Source: an uncultured Chloroflexia bacterium | GTDB lineage: Bacteria; Chloroflexota; Limnocylindria; Limnocylindrales; CSP1-4 | Direction of reading: 5' to 3' | DNA: 64,000 bases | NCBI GenBank assembly: GCA_963776545.1 | Contig: CAVZND010000013.1 | Span: 140,496-204,495, forward strand | Shown: positions 18,902-29,011 of the stretch, piece after piece | Layout of the letters: the number at the start of each line of letters is the position of its first letter | Position numbering within the stretch: the stretch's first letter is position 1 | Notes under the pieces: generated by a model | Seen by the model: only the letters and a program-made list of their open reading frames with translations | The model's database searches: none | Told to the model about the DNA's origin: nothing | Position numbers and translations under genes: made by a program

Positions 18902-19013
18902 CGGCTGGGTCTCCTTGTCGGGCGTCGAGCGTCCGCGGCAGCATACCAGACAACTCCGACAAGTCTAGTAGGGATTGTGGGGACGCACGGAGGCGCGATG
19001 CACGCGCCGCGCG

Positions 19014-19508
19014 CTAGTCGACCGCGACGTCCGGACGGCGATACGGACCAGTCGAGCAGGCCTCGCCTTCGGTCTCGATGAGCGCCGCGCCCGTGTCGTG
19101 GATCCGGTACCGGTGATGCACCTTCGTGTCACCGGCGGAGAGCATCGCGTTGACCGGGCAGTACTTGTTCGCCGACAGCTCGATGCTGCGTCGGATCGCG
19201 GTCTCGGAGAGTCCGACGCCCCAGAACTCGTGCGTGACGGTCACCTCGGTCAGGACCTGTGGAAACTCGTCGCGCTGGGTGGCGACCGCTGAGATCTCGT
19301 ACCGCTCGATCGGCTGGCGCTTCTTGGCCATGATCGAGACCACGTCCATCGCCGAGCACGCGGCGAGCGCCGTGACGATCGTCTCGACCGGGGACAGTTC
19401 GTTCACGTCGGCTCGATCGCCGTAGACGAGCGTCCGGTCCGTGCCCGTCCGGACGGAGAACCGCGACTCGCCCTCGTAGACGATGTGGGCGCGTCGCTCC
19501 CGGGTCAT
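19014..19508 (-). CDS. OsmC family peroxiredoxin-like protein
   Basis: OsmC-type Cys pair context (ALAACSAMDV ... ANKYCPV). Its ATG overlaps the stop of the ABC gene (ATGA). Confidence 0.85.
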   Translation of the reverse strand: MTRERRAHIVYEGESRFSVRTGTDRTLVYGDRADVNELSPVETIVTALAACSAMDVVSIMAKKRQPIERYEISAVATQRDEFPQVLTEVTVTHEFWGVGLSETAIRRSIELSANKYCPVNAMLSAGDTKVHHRYRIHDTGAALIETEGEACSTGPYRRPDVAVD

Positions 19509-21622
19509 GCGGGCACGTCCCGGACGAGGCTGCGACCCAGGAACCCGTCCTCGGTCCCGTCCTCCAGCTCGGCCTCGGCCTGGACCGGGCGCTCGGCCAG
19601 GAACTGCTCGCGGTACAACCGGGCATACAGGCCGTCATGCGCCAACAGCTCCTCGTGCGTGCCGCGCTCCACGATCCGTCCTCGTTCGTACACCAGGATC
19701 CGGTCGGCCCGCAGGATCGTCGAGAGCCGATGGGCGATGGCGATCGTGGTGCGGCCCTCCATCAGCCGCTCGAATGCGGCCTGGATGAGCCGCTCGGACA
19801 CCGTGTCGAGGGCCGAGGTGGCCTCGTCGAGGATGAGGATCCGGGGATCCTTGAGCAGGACCCGCGCGATCGCGATCCGCTGCTTCTCGCCACCCGACAG
19901 CTTGTAGCCACGCTCGCCGACGACCGTGTCGTAGCCCTCGGGGAGCTCCATGACCCGGTCGTGGATCGCCGCGGCGAGCGCCGCCGTCCGGAGCTCTTCT
20001 TCGGTCGCCTCGGGCTTCGCGTAGAGGAGGTTCTCGCGGACCGACGCATGGAACAGGTAGGTCTCCTGGGTCACCACCCCGATCGCCTCGCCGAGCGAGG
20101 CGAGCTTGATGCGCCGGACGTCGAGTCCATCGATCTCGACCGCCCCGCTGTCGACGTCGTACAGGCGCGGGATCAGGTACGTCGTGCTCGTCTTGCCGGC
20201 ACCCGACGGGCCGACGAGCGCGACGAGCTCGCCCGGATCGGCCTCGAAGTCGACATGCTCGAGCGCGAACGTCGGCAGAACCTCGATCGGCTCGGCTCGC
20301 TCCGAAGGCTCGGCGGTCTCGACCGCCCCGATGGCCTCGATCGGCTCGACCGCGTGGTCGTGCCCGCGGGCGACGGCGTCATGGGCGCGCGAAGACGGCA
20401 CCGCCTCGGTCGGATACCGGAACGACACGTCGTGGAACCGCACGCCGCCGCGGACCTTGGCCGGATCGAGTGCGACTGCATCGGGTGCATCGACGATCTC
20501 CGGATCCATCTCGAGGTACTCGAAGATCCGGTCGAACAGCGCCAGGGCCCCCTGGATGTCGACCTGGACGTTCAGCAGCTGGCCCAGCGGGAAGAACAGC
20601 CGCGACTGCAGCGTCGTGAACGCCACGATGTCGCCGATGGTCGGGGCCGATGGGTCGCCCTGGATGGTCAGCCAGCCGGCGAGCCAATACACGAACGCAG
20701 GCGTGATGCTGAAGATCGTGCCGATGATCATGAAGAACCAGCGCCCGACCATGGCCTGACGGATCTGCAGGGCGGCGAGTCGGGCGTTCAGGTCGCGGAA
20801 CCGCTTGATGGACGAGTCCTGCTGGCCGAAGGTCTTCGCGAGCAGGATGCCGCTCACGCTCAGCGTCTCCTCGGTCAGGGCGGTCAGTTCGGCCAGCGAC
20901 TTCTGGGTCTCCCCACTGACCTCGCGCCGGATCTTGCCGACCCGGAACGTCAGGTACATGAAGAAGGGGAGCATCCCGAGCGACAGGAGCGTGAGCCGCC
21001 AGTCGATCAGGAACATCGCGATGATCGTGCTGATCGCGATCGCGAAGTTGGAGGTCACCGAGCTCGCGGTGTCGGTGACGACCGCCTGGACGCCGCCGAT
21101 GTCGTTCGCGATGCGGCTCTGGATCTCGCCGGTCCGGGTCTCCGTGAAGAACCGGAGCGGCATCCGCTGGAGGTGGGTGTACAGCGCGCCGCGCAGGTCC
21201 TGCATGACGTTCTGGCCGATGAGATTGTTGAGGTACGCCTGACCCACGCCGATGAGGCCGGTGACGATGGGCAGGAAGATCATCAACGCCACGTAGAAGG
21301 TCAGCTTGGCGAAGTCCTTCTCCGGGATCGCGTCGTCGATCAGGAGCTTGAGCAGGATCGGGTTGGCGAGGCCGATCAGGCTCGTCGCGATGATGGCGAC
21401 GAGCACGATGGAGACCTGGAGCCTGTACGGATCGAAGAACGCGACGATCTGCCGGACGGTCTTGCCGCGACGCTCCTTCGGGACCGGCGTGAACTCGCGC
21501 GACGGACCGCCTCCCCACATGCCGCCGCCGCCCATCATCCGGCCCCCGCCCCCGCCCCCGCCGCGACCACCACCTGACGCGCCACCCGTCGCCTGGCGCG
21601 TCTGGCCTCTCGGGAAACTCAT
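19505..21622 (-). CDS. ABC exporter, fused permease/ATPase (MsbA/MdlB type), with Gly-rich N-terminal extension
   Basis: Six-TM exporter domain, Walker A GPSGAGKTS, signature LSGGEKQR and Walker B ILILDEATS. The N-terminus is a poly-Gly stretch. Confidence 0.9.
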   Translation of the reverse strand: MSFPRGQTRQATGGASGGGRGGGGGGGRMMGGGGMWGGGPSREFTPVPKERRGKTVRQIVAFFDPYRLQVSIVLVAIIATSLIGLANPILLKLLIDDAIPEKDFAKLTFYVALMIFLPIVTGLIGVGQAYLNNLIGQNVMQDLRGALYTHLQRMPLRFFTETRTGEIQSRIANDIGGVQAVVTDTASSVTSNFAIAISTIIAMFLIDWRLTLLSLGMLPFFMYLTFRVGKIRREVSGETQKSLAELTALTEETLSVSGILLAKTFGQQDSSIKRFRDLNARLAALQIRQAMVGRWFFMIIGTIFSITPAFVYWLAGWLTIQGDPSAPTIGDIVAFTTLQSRLFFPLGQLLNVQVDIQGALALFDRIFEYLEMDPEIVDAPDAVALDPAKVRGGVRFHDVSFRYPTEAVPSSRAHDAVARGHDHAVEPIEAIGAVETAEPSERAEPIEVLPTFALEHVDFEADPGELVALVGPSGAGKTSTTYLIPRLYDVDSGAVEIDGLDVRRIKLASLGEAIGVVTQETYLFHASVRENLLYAKPEATEEELRTAALAAAIHDRVMELPEGYDTVVGERGYKLSGGEKQRIAIARVLLKDPRILILDEATSALDTVSERLIQAAFERLMEGRTTIAIAHRLSTILRADRILVYERGRIVERGTHEELLAHDGLYARLYREQFLAERPVQAEAELEDGTEDGFLGRSLVRDVPA

Positions 21623-21711
21623 GCGGTCTCGTCAGCGCGGCTCGTCCCGCGAACCCTGTTCATCGCTCCGACGCTACCACGAACGTGCGCGGTCGGCGGT
21701 CGGGCCGCTGA

Positions 21712-22431
21712 TCAGGCTCTCGCCACGATGACGATGGTCGAGCGACGGGACGGCAGCCCGCGCGTCAACAGGTCGCCGGCCAATCCCAGCAGGAACGTCG
21801 GCCAGTGCCGGCCCCAGGCGCGGGCCAGGTGGCCGACCGTCTGGAGCGAGACGTCGCGGAACCCGGCCGCTTCGACCGAGGCGCGGATCACGGCGGGATC
21901 GTTGCACGCCCCGACGAGCGGATGCGCATCGGCGGCTGTGGCCTTGACCCACGGCTGCACTCGCGCCTGGACCCCCGACGGAAGGCTGAGGTACGCGTTG
22001 ACGAATGGATGCCGCCGGTTGACGGTGGTCGCGACCAGCGTGCCACCCGGCCGGAGCCACGCGTGCATGTTCGACAGCGCCGTGGACGGATCGGCGAAGT
22101 GCTCCAACGTGAACGCCGAGAGGACGATGTCGAACGAGGCCGGCGCGAACGCGTCGGCCCGACCGCACAGGTCGACCACGACGAACTCGTCGAAATACGG
22201 CACGGGCACCTCGGGCGCGTGGATGTCGGCCCCGACCAGCCGGCCGATGCGTCGGCGGAACCGCCGGAGGCGCGAGGTCCTGCCGCAACCGGCGTCGAGC
22301 GCGGCGACCGCGCCCGGCGAGGCGGCTTCCGCTCGGGCGACCGCCGCCGCCAGCGCCTCGCGGACCAGCTGGTGGACGGTCGGTGCGATGCCGAGGCGTG
22401 GCAGGACCGCGAACCGACCGGCTTCAGGCAC
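21712..22431 (-). CDS. class I SAM-dependent methyltransferase
   Basis: LDAGCG motif I and a Methyltransf_11-like core. GTG 22431 lies 5 nt after the trxB stop. The tracked start is 22488. Confidence 0.75.
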   Translation of the reverse strand: MPEAGRFAVLPRLGIAPTVHQLVREALAAAVARAEAASPGAVAALDAGCGRTSRLRRFRRRIGRLVGADIHAPEVPVPYFDEFVVVDLCGRADAFAPASFDIVLSAFTLEHFADPSTALSNMHAWLRPGGTLVATTVNRRHPFVNAYLSLPSGVQARVQPWVKATAADAHPLVGACNDPAVIRASVEAAGFRDVSLQTVGHLARAWGRHWPTFLLGLAGDLLTRGLPSRRSTIVIVARA

Positions 22432-22436
22432 GACCG

Positions 22437-23543
22437 CTACCAGGCCGTGGCCGTCGCGGACTCCGTGATGCCCTGGGACTCCAGCCACCGCTCGGCATCG
22501 ATCGCGGCCTTGCAGCCGTCGGCCGCGGCCGTGACCGCCTGGCGGTACCGGTGGTCGTGGACGTCGCCGGCGATGAAGACGCCGTCGACCTTCGAGCCGG
22601 TCTCGTCGTTGACGACGAGATAGCCCGCCTTGTCGACCTCGAGCCAGTCGCGGAATGCCTCGGTGTTGGGGCGGTAGCCGATGGCGATGAACAGGCCGTC
22701 GAGCGCCATGCGGGTCTCGTCGCCGGTCACCGTGTCGCGCAGCCGCACGCCGTCCACCTTGGCCGTGCCGAGGACCTCCTCGATCGCCGAATTCGTATGG
22801 ATCTCGATCTTGGGATGGGCCCGCGCCCGGTCGATCATGATCTTCGAGGCCCGGAACGAATCGCGGCGGTGGAACAGGTGGACCCGGGTCGCGAAGCGGG
22901 TCAGGAAGGTCGCCTCCTCGAATGCCGTATCGCCCCCGCCGACGACCCCGATCTCGCGGTCGCGGAAGAAGAACCCGTCACAGGTCGCGCACGCGGAGAC
23001 GCCCCGGCCCCGCAGGCGCGTCTCCGAGTCGAGGCCGAGCCAGAGGGCCGACGCGCCGGTGGCGACGATGACCGACTCGGCTCGGTACTCCGTGCCGCGC
23101 GCCCACAGCCGGAACGGTCGCTCCGAGAAGTCGACGCGGTCGATGTCGACGTCCACGATCTGGCTGCCGAAGCGCTCGGCCTGGGACCGGAACGCGGCCA
23201 TGAGGTCCGGGCCCTGGATGCCGTCGGGGAATCCGGGGTAATTCTCGACGTCCGAGGTCAGCATCAGCTGCCCGCCCGGTGCCGAGCCGGCGAGGACGAC
23301 CGGCTCGAGGTTCGCCCTGGCGGCGTAGATCGCGGCCGTCAGTCCAGCCGGACCCGACCCGACGATCACGAGCTTGGCATCGACCCGGCCCTCGCCCGAA
23401 CGGACCGTCGTCGGGCCGCCCGGCATCGGCATCGCGCTCGCGTCCGAAGGAGCGGCTGGTGCGTCGATCATCGAGATCGTCAGCCCGCCGAATGGGTTCG
23501 AGGTCGCGGGCTCGTTGCCGTTGCTCGAGGACTCGTCCTTCAT
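22437..23543 (-). CDS. trxB: thioredoxin-disulfide reductase with about 50-aa N-terminal extension
   Basis: VIVGSGPAG motif, redox-active CATCDG and the NADPH motif GGGDTAFEEA. The exact start is uncertain because internal Met codons exist. Confidence 0.9.
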   Translation of the reverse strand: MKDESSSNGNEPATSNPFGGLTISMIDAPAAPSDASAMPMPGGPTTVRSGEGRVDAKLVIVGSGPAGLTAAIYAARANLEPVVLAGSAPGGQLMLTSDVENYPGFPDGIQGPDLMAAFRSQAERFGSQIVDVDIDRVDFSERPFRLWARGTEYRAESVIVATGASALWLGLDSETRLRGRGVSACATCDGFFFRDREIGVVGGGDTAFEEATFLTRFATRVHLFHRRDSFRASKIMIDRARAHPKIEIHTNSAIEEVLGTAKVDGVRLRDTVTGDETRMALDGLFIAIGYRPNTEAFRDWLEVDKAGYLVVNDETGSKVDGVFIAGDVHDHRYRQAVTAAADGCKAAIDAERWLESQGITESATATAW

Positions 23544-23549
23544 GCGGTC

Positions 23550-23555
23550 ATCGTA
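23550..23555 (-). promoter_or_regulatory. -10-like TACGAT 6 nt upstream of the annotated trxB ATG (leaderless-type)
   Basis: The minus strand reads TGCATGATACGATGACCGCATG, with no SD. Confidence 0.3.
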
Positions 23556-23607
23556 TCATGCAGAAGATACTCCCCAGGGGTATCGTGCACGGCGTGCGGC
23601 GACGGCC

Positions 23608-24504
23608 TCACAGGCGGCGCAGGGCGGGGATGACGTCGCGCCCGACGAGGTCGAGGGCGTGGGGATCGGTGACGTTCGTGATGCCGACGATGACGTGTTG
23701 TGCGCCCGCGTCGGCGAGGTCGCCGAACCGCTCGACGATGCTGGCCGGCGACTCGCCTCCGCCGCCACCATCGGCCGAGATCCGGAAGTGTTGGAGTGTC
23801 GAGTGCTCGATCTCGTCGGGATCGCGGCCGACCGCGGCGCAGTGCTCGGCGAGGATGGCGTACTTGCGAGCGATCGCCTCGGGCGTCCCGAACACGTTGC
23901 AGGCGTCCGCGTATCGGGCCACGAGGCGCAGGGTCTTCTTCTCACCTCCGCCCCCGATCATGATCGGGACCCTGGGACGTGACAGCGACTGCGGGGAGTT
24001 GAGGAGGCGCCTCGCCTGGAAGTGCCGGCCCTCGAACGAGGCCTCCGTGCCGCGCTCGCCGGTCCACATGCCGTGGGCGATCCGGAGCGTCTCCTCGAGC
24101 ATCTCGAAGCGCTCGCCGAGGGGCGGGAAGGGGAAACCGAGGCTGCGCGACTCGTCCTCGTTCCAGGCCGCGCCGATCCCGAGCCAGGCCCGGCCGCCCG
24201 ACAGCACGTCGAGCGTCGTCGTGGCCTTGACCCACAGCCCGGGCGCCCGGTAGTGGACGCCCCCGACCATGAGTCCGAGGCGGGCGCGGGACGAATGGGC
24301 GGCCATGAACCCGAGCGCCGTCATGCCCTCGAGCATCGGCTCCTCGGGCCGTCCGACACTGCGGATCTGGAAGAAGTGATCCATGACCCAGATCGAGTCG
24401 AACCCGACGTCGTCTGCCTGGCGCACGATCCGTGCCAGGGTCGGACCGATCTGCTCCGGTCCCCCGGGCCACGTGAACGACGAGATCTGGAGGCCGAGCT
24501 TCAT
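23608..24504 (-). CDS. LLM-class (luciferase-like) flavin/F420-dependent oxidoreductase
   Basis: MKLGLQISSF N-terminus and a TIM-barrel LLM pattern. ATG 24504. The upstream 52 codons of the tracked ORF look non-coding. Confidence 0.8.
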   Translation of the reverse strand: MKLGLQISSFTWPGGPEQIGPTLARIVRQADDVGFDSIWVMDHFFQIRSVGRPEEPMLEGMTALGFMAAHSSRARLGLMVGGVHYRAPGLWVKATTTLDVLSGGRAWLGIGAAWNEDESRSLGFPFPPLGERFEMLEETLRIAHGMWTGERGTEASFEGRHFQARRLLNSPQSLSRPRVPIMIGGGGEKKTLRLVARYADACNVFGTPEAIARKYAILAEHCAAVGRDPDEIEHSTLQHFRISADGGGGGESPASIVERFGDLADAGAQHVIVGITNVTDPHALDLVGRDVIPALRRL

Positions 24505-24539
24505 GGGTCGGCAGGGTAACGGGTTTGGGGCTTCGACCC

Positions 24540-27395
24540 TCAGGCGACCTGGTCGTCCGCTGGCAGGGCCATCGACCGCGGACCGGACCGGGCGAACAGG
24601 GCGGGCACCTCGGACGCGGGGATGGCCGGCGAGAAGAGGAACCCCTGCGCGCGGTGGCAACCGAGCGCCTCGAGCCGCTCGAGCTGGTGCGCCATCTCGA
24701 CGCCCTCGGCCGTCACGACGAGGCCGAGCGCGGCCGCGAAGGACAACGTCGCGGTCACGATGGCAGTGTCCTCGCGCGAGGTCCCGAGGCCGCCGACGAA
24801 GGAGCGGTCGATCTTGAGGCCATGGACCGCGAATCGCTTGAAGTACTCGAGGGCACTGAAGCCGGTCCCGAAGTCGTCGATCGCGAGCCGGACGCCCAGT
24901 TCGTGGAGTTGCCGCAGGGCGCCGTCGCCGGTCGCGGTCTCGCGCATCGTCAGGGACTCGGTGATCTCGAGTTCGAGGGCCGACGGTTCGAGGCCGGCCT
25001 CACGCAGGATGGCGCGGACCTCGGTCGCGAAGCCCGGCTCCACGACCTGCCGAGCCGACGCATTGACGCTGATGGTGAGGTCCGGGCGGCCGATCCCCGC
25101 ATCCCGCCACGCCCGGAGTTGCCGGCACGCGGTCTGCGTCACGAGGCGGCCCAGCGGCACGATCAGCCCGGTCGCCTCGGCGAGCGGGATGAACTCCCCG
25201 GGCAGCACGAGACCGCGCACCGGGTCGCGCCAGCGCACCAGGGCCTCGAAGCCGACGATCTCCTGGGACGGCAACTCGAGGATGGGCTGGTAGTGGACGT
25301 CGAACGACTCCGCCTCGATGGCGGCGCGCAACTCGGTCTCCATCTCGAGGCGACTCTGGGCCCGGTGCTGCATCGACGGGTCGAACACGATGTGCCGGCC
25401 CTTGCCCTGTTCCTTGGCTGCATACATCGCGGCGTCGGCGTGGGCCAGCAGGTTCCCGGCCACCGCGGTTCGGCCGCGCCCGAGCGCGATCCCGATGCTC
25501 ACGCCGACGACGAGCGGGCGACCATCGAGCACGATCGGCCGGCGGATCGCCGCGGCCAGCCGCTCGGCCAGTTCGACGGCCTCGCCCTCGCCACCGACGC
25601 GCTCGACGAGGATCGTGAACTCGTCACCACCCTGGCGGGCGGCGATGTCCTCGCTCCGGATCGTGCTGGTGAGCCGTTCCGCGACCTCGACCAGGAGCCG
25701 ATCGCCGGCGGCGTGGCCCAGCGAGTCGTTGACGACCTTGAAGTCGTCGACGTCGAGGAACAGGACGGCGATCCCGGCCCGTCGTCGGCGCGACCGGTCG
25801 AGCGCCCGGTCCAGGTGTTCCCGGAACAGGGCCCGGTTGGCGAGCCCGGTCAGCGGATCGTGGAACGCGTCGTGGAGCAGTTGCGCCTCGAGGCGCTTCT
25901 GCTCGGTCGTGTCGACGAGGAGGCCCTGCGAGACCCGCCGGCCACCGCTAGTCTCGTCGCGCATCGCATACGCCTCGTCGTGGACCCAGACGATGGAGCC
26001 GTCCGCCGCGATCATTCGGTAGTCGAGCCGAAGCGGTTGTTCGGTCCGCCAGTGCTCGGCCAGGGCGGCGAGCGTCGCGGGCACGTCGTCGGGGTGCGTC
26101 AGCCGTGGCCACAGTTCGGGGTCGCGCAGGAAGGCCTCGGGCGGGTAGCCGAGGATGGCCTCGATCTGGGGGCTCATGTAGGCGAGATGGCCGCCGTCGG
26201 TCACGCCCGGATCGGCGACGTCGATGTAGACGGCCGCGGGGACCCGCTCCACGAGGGTCTGGTAGCGCGTGTCCGCCTCGGCGCGCTGCAGCAGCGCGAT
26301 CTCGAGGTCGGTGCGTGAATCGCGCGAGTCGTCGAGCAGGCGGCCGCGTTCGTGGACGAGGAGCGACTGGCGGATGCCCGCCAGGAGGATCACCGCAAGC
26401 GAGCACAGCCAGATGAGGCCGAGCTGGCTTGTCGCCGGAGTCCGCAGCATCAGCAGCAGGGCGCTGGCTAGGAGGGCCACCAGCGGCAGCCCGCCGAGGA
26501 CCGCCGACGAGGCTTCACGGAACACGCGTCCGCGGCCTTCGCCCAGCCGCCAGTCGCTCGCCCCTAGGCCGACCAGGATCATCCCGATCGAGAAGCCGTA
26601 GTTGCCGATGCTGCCGGGGGGCGGCAGGGCGACGACCGCCTGGCGCAGCCAGTCGACCCACGCGAAGCCGAGGACCGCGAGCCCGAGGAGCAGCCCGTAG
26701 CCGCCGCCGCGCGGAGAGGCCCGGGCGGCCAGCATCGCCACGACGCCGGCTGCCGCAAGCGCCAGGTGCACGACGGGGTAGGCGATCGCGACCAAGCCGG
26801 CCGACGTCGCTCCGGCCCCGATCTGTGCCCCGTAGATCGCGAGGATGATCGCGGTGAGGGCCAGGAATATGGCCACGGCGTCGAGGTACACCGCGACCTT
26901 CTCGCCCCGTGCGAGTCGGCCGTTGACGGCGATGACGAACGCCGCTCCGATCGGCGGGGCGATCATCAGAAAGCCCAGGTCCGACGGCGCCGGCACGTTG
27001 AAGTAGCCGACCGCCGTCTGCACGACCCAGAGGACCTGTCCGATCAGCCAGGCGAGCGTCCCGGCGGCGACCAGCATGGCGATCCGCCGATGTGGGCCTG
27101 TCGCCTTGCGGGCGACGAGCGCGGCATACAGGGCAGCGAGGCCGCCGGCCGCGGTCCAGTGGGCGTTCTCCCAGAGGACGGCCTGACCGCCGACATCGAA
27201 TGCGGTCAGGGCCATGAGCAGCCCGACGATGAGGATGCCGATCCGCAGGGCGACCGATTCCGGCGCGGCGACGCGGCGCCAGGATCGTGGACCGAGGCGA
27301 CGGCTCGGGCGGAGCGCGGACGCATCGGCCGCCGGGAGCGCGACCTCTCCCATGGCTGCCGGTCCAAGGTCCCGCTCGGGAGCGGTGTTGTCCAC
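24540..27395 (-). CDS. membrane-anchored PAS / GGDEF / EAL c-di-GMP turnover protein
   Basis: About 330-aa polytopic N-terminus, a PAS region, an intact GGDEF (ARQGGDEFTIL) and an intact EAL (FEALVRW, DDFGTGFSAL, KIDRSF, EGVE). Confidence 0.9.
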   Translation of the reverse strand: MDNTAPERDLGPAAMGEVALPAADASALRPSRRLGPRSWRRVAAPESVALRIGILIVGLLMALTAFDVGGQAVLWENAHWTAAGGLAALYAALVARKATGPHRRIAMLVAAGTLAWLIGQVLWVVQTAVGYFNVPAPSDLGFLMIAPPIGAAFVIAVNGRLARGEKVAVYLDAVAIFLALTAIILAIYGAQIGAGATSAGLVAIAYPVVHLALAAAGVVAMLAARASPRGGGYGLLLGLAVLGFAWVDWLRQAVVALPPPGSIGNYGFSIGMILVGLGASDWRLGEGRGRVFREASSAVLGGLPLVALLASALLLMLRTPATSQLGLIWLCSLAVILLAGIRQSLLVHERGRLLDDSRDSRTDLEIALLQRAEADTRYQTLVERVPAAVYIDVADPGVTDGGHLAYMSPQIEAILGYPPEAFLRDPELWPRLTHPDDVPATLAALAEHWRTEQPLRLDYRMIAADGSIVWVHDEAYAMRDETSGGRRVSQGLLVDTTEQKRLEAQLLHDAFHDPLTGLANRALFREHLDRALDRSRRRRAGIAVLFLDVDDFKVVNDSLGHAAGDRLLVEVAERLTSTIRSEDIAARQGGDEFTILVERVGGEGEAVELAERLAAAIRRPIVLDGRPLVVGVSIGIALGRGRTAVAGNLLAHADAAMYAAKEQGKGRHIVFDPSMQHRAQSRLEMETELRAAIEAESFDVHYQPILELPSQEIVGFEALVRWRDPVRGLVLPGEFIPLAEATGLIVPLGRLVTQTACRQLRAWRDAGIGRPDLTISVNASARQVVEPGFATEVRAILREAGLEPSALELEITESLTMRETATGDGALRQLHELGVRLAIDDFGTGFSALEYFKRFAVHGLKIDRSFVGGLGTSREDTAIVTATLSFAAALGLVVTAEGVEMAHQLERLEALGCHRAQGFLFSPAIPASEVPALFARSGPRSMALPADDQVA

Positions 27396-27588
27396 CTCGG
27401 GACACTAGGGGACGCCCACCCTTCGCTCCACCACCGCTTCTCGCCATAGGGGGATAGCCCATATGCCGAAATCGGGCGGAACGGGACGGGCGACCGAGCC
27501 GGGCGTGGCGCGACCGCGTCGGACGCATCAACGCCTGTGGCCGCGCCGTGCGGTGTTGTCGGCACGGCCCCGCCGCCCGCCGGGATCG

Positions 27589-28377
27589 CTAGCGGAAGAG
27601 GTCGTTCGCGGCCGGCATCACGAGCTCGAGGATCGAGCCTTCGCCCCGGGTGAACGAGGCTCCACGGACGATCGCCACGGGACGGGCGGCCGTCTTGCCG
27701 AGCACCAGCTCGGCCGCCGAGGCCAGCTCGTCGGCGACGGCCCGGACGGTCGAGCGCATGACCCGGCCGTCGGCATCCGGGATGCCCCGCAGGTCGTCGA
27801 GCGGCACGAGCCCGGACACGCCGATCGCGACGTCGACGATGCCCCAACGCCATGGCCGCCCGAACGAGTCCGAGACCACCACAGGCATGTCCGTCCCGAA
27901 CCGGTCACGCAACGCGGCCCTGATCCGCATCGCGGACGCGTCCGGGTCGCGCGGGAGGAGTGTCACCAGCGCGCCGGAGTCGGGGCCGACGTTCGACGCG
28001 TCCACGCCGCCGTTCGCGCACACGAACCCATGGGGCGTCTCCGTGATGAGCACCCCGTTCGTCATCCGGACGATCCGCCGCGCCTCGCGCAGGACGACCT
28101 CGACCTGGCGCGCGTCCCGGTCGTATCGCTCGGCGAACTCGACCGCCTCGGGCCGGGGTTCGACGCCATCGAGCTCGACCACGGCTCCCTCGGCTTTCGA
28201 GACGACCTTCTGTGTGACGACGAGGACGTCGTCGTCCCGAAGGGGCAGCGCGCCCGGCGTCCTCGCGATCGCGTCGCCGATGAGCCCCGGCAGATCGTCG
28301 CCCAGGCGGACCTCCGGGATGTCGTCGAGTGCCAGGACCGAGATCGCGCCCGGTGTGGCCGGTCGGTCAGCCGACAC
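27589..28377 (-). CDS. cofE: coenzyme F420-0:L-glutamate ligase (stand-alone CofE)
   Basis: Strong CofE pattern (VVTQKVVSKAEG, CANGGVDASNV). GTG 28377 overlaps the cofC stop by 11 nt. There is no nitroreductase-like C-terminal domain. Confidence 0.85.
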   Translation of the reverse strand: MSADRPATPGAISVLALDDIPEVRLGDDLPGLIGDAIARTPGALPLRDDDVLVVTQKVVSKAEGAVVELDGVEPRPEAVEFAERYDRDARQVEVVLREARRIVRMTNGVLITETPHGFVCANGGVDASNVGPDSGALVTLLPRDPDASAMRIRAALRDRFGTDMPVVVSDSFGRPWRWGIVDVAIGVSGLVPLDDLRGIPDADGRVMRSTVRAVADELASAAELVLGKTAARPVAIVRGASFTRGEGSILELVMPAANDLFR

Positions 28378-29011
28378 CCAGCCGCTCCGGCGCTGCCGAC
28401 TCGATGAAGACCAGGTCGTCGGGCGTATCGAGGTCGATCGCGAGGGGACCGGCCGACTCCACGTAGCGGACGCCGGCGGCCTCGGCGAGCGCCCGATGGG
28501 CGGCCCGGCTGCCGGGCCCGAACGCCACGTCGATGACATCGGGCGGCCGGAGGCCGAGGGCATTGGTGCCCGTCGCGTGCCGGTCGGTAACGAGGACGAC
28601 GGTCGCCTCCTTCGTGAGCAGGGCCGAGACGATGTCATCGATGGCGGCAGCGGTCACGAACGGCAGGTCGACCGGCAGGACCAGCATCGCCTCGGCGCCG
28701 CCGGCAACGACGTCCCCGCGCGCCTCGCGCAACCCGGCGTTGAGGCCGCTCGAGCGCTGGCGCAGGGTGCGAGCCCCGAACCCCGTCGCGAGGTGGAGCA
28801 CCTCGCGGTCCGGGCTGACGACGAGGACGTCGGTGAGCCGATCGACTGCCAGGGCAGCCACCACGGTGCGCCGCAGGAGCCCGGTCAGGAGATCGCGCCG
28901 CTCCTCCGCGTCGAGCGTGTCGCCGAGCCGGGTCTTCGCACCCTCGAGCGTCCCGACCGGGATGATCGCGGCGACCTGGGGCTCGTGTGGGGGAGGATGA
29001 GGCGTGCTCAC
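28367..29011 (-). CDS. cofC: 2-phospho-L-lactate/PEP guanylyltransferase
   Basis: AIIPVGTLEGAKTRL N-terminus and GLNAGL motif. GTGA overlap with the cofD stop. Confidence 0.8.
   Translation of the reverse strand: MSTPHPPPHEPQVAAIIPVGTLEGAKTRLGDTLDAEERRDLLTGLLRRTVVAALAVDRLTDVLVVSPDREVLHLATGFGARTLRQRSSGLNAGLREARGDVVAGGAEAMLVLPVDLPFVTAAAIDDIVSALLTKEATVVLVTDRHATGTNALGLRPPDVIDVAFGPGSRAAHRALAEAAGVRYVESAGPLAIDLDTPDDLVFIESAAPERLGVG

Noticed and set aside
23490-23530. tRNA-like T-arm words (GGTTCGA) at about 23500, 29400, 59030 and 50870.
   Set aside because: All but one lie inside well-supported coding regions. None is accompanied by an acceptor stem, D-arm or anticodon arm at tRNA spacing.
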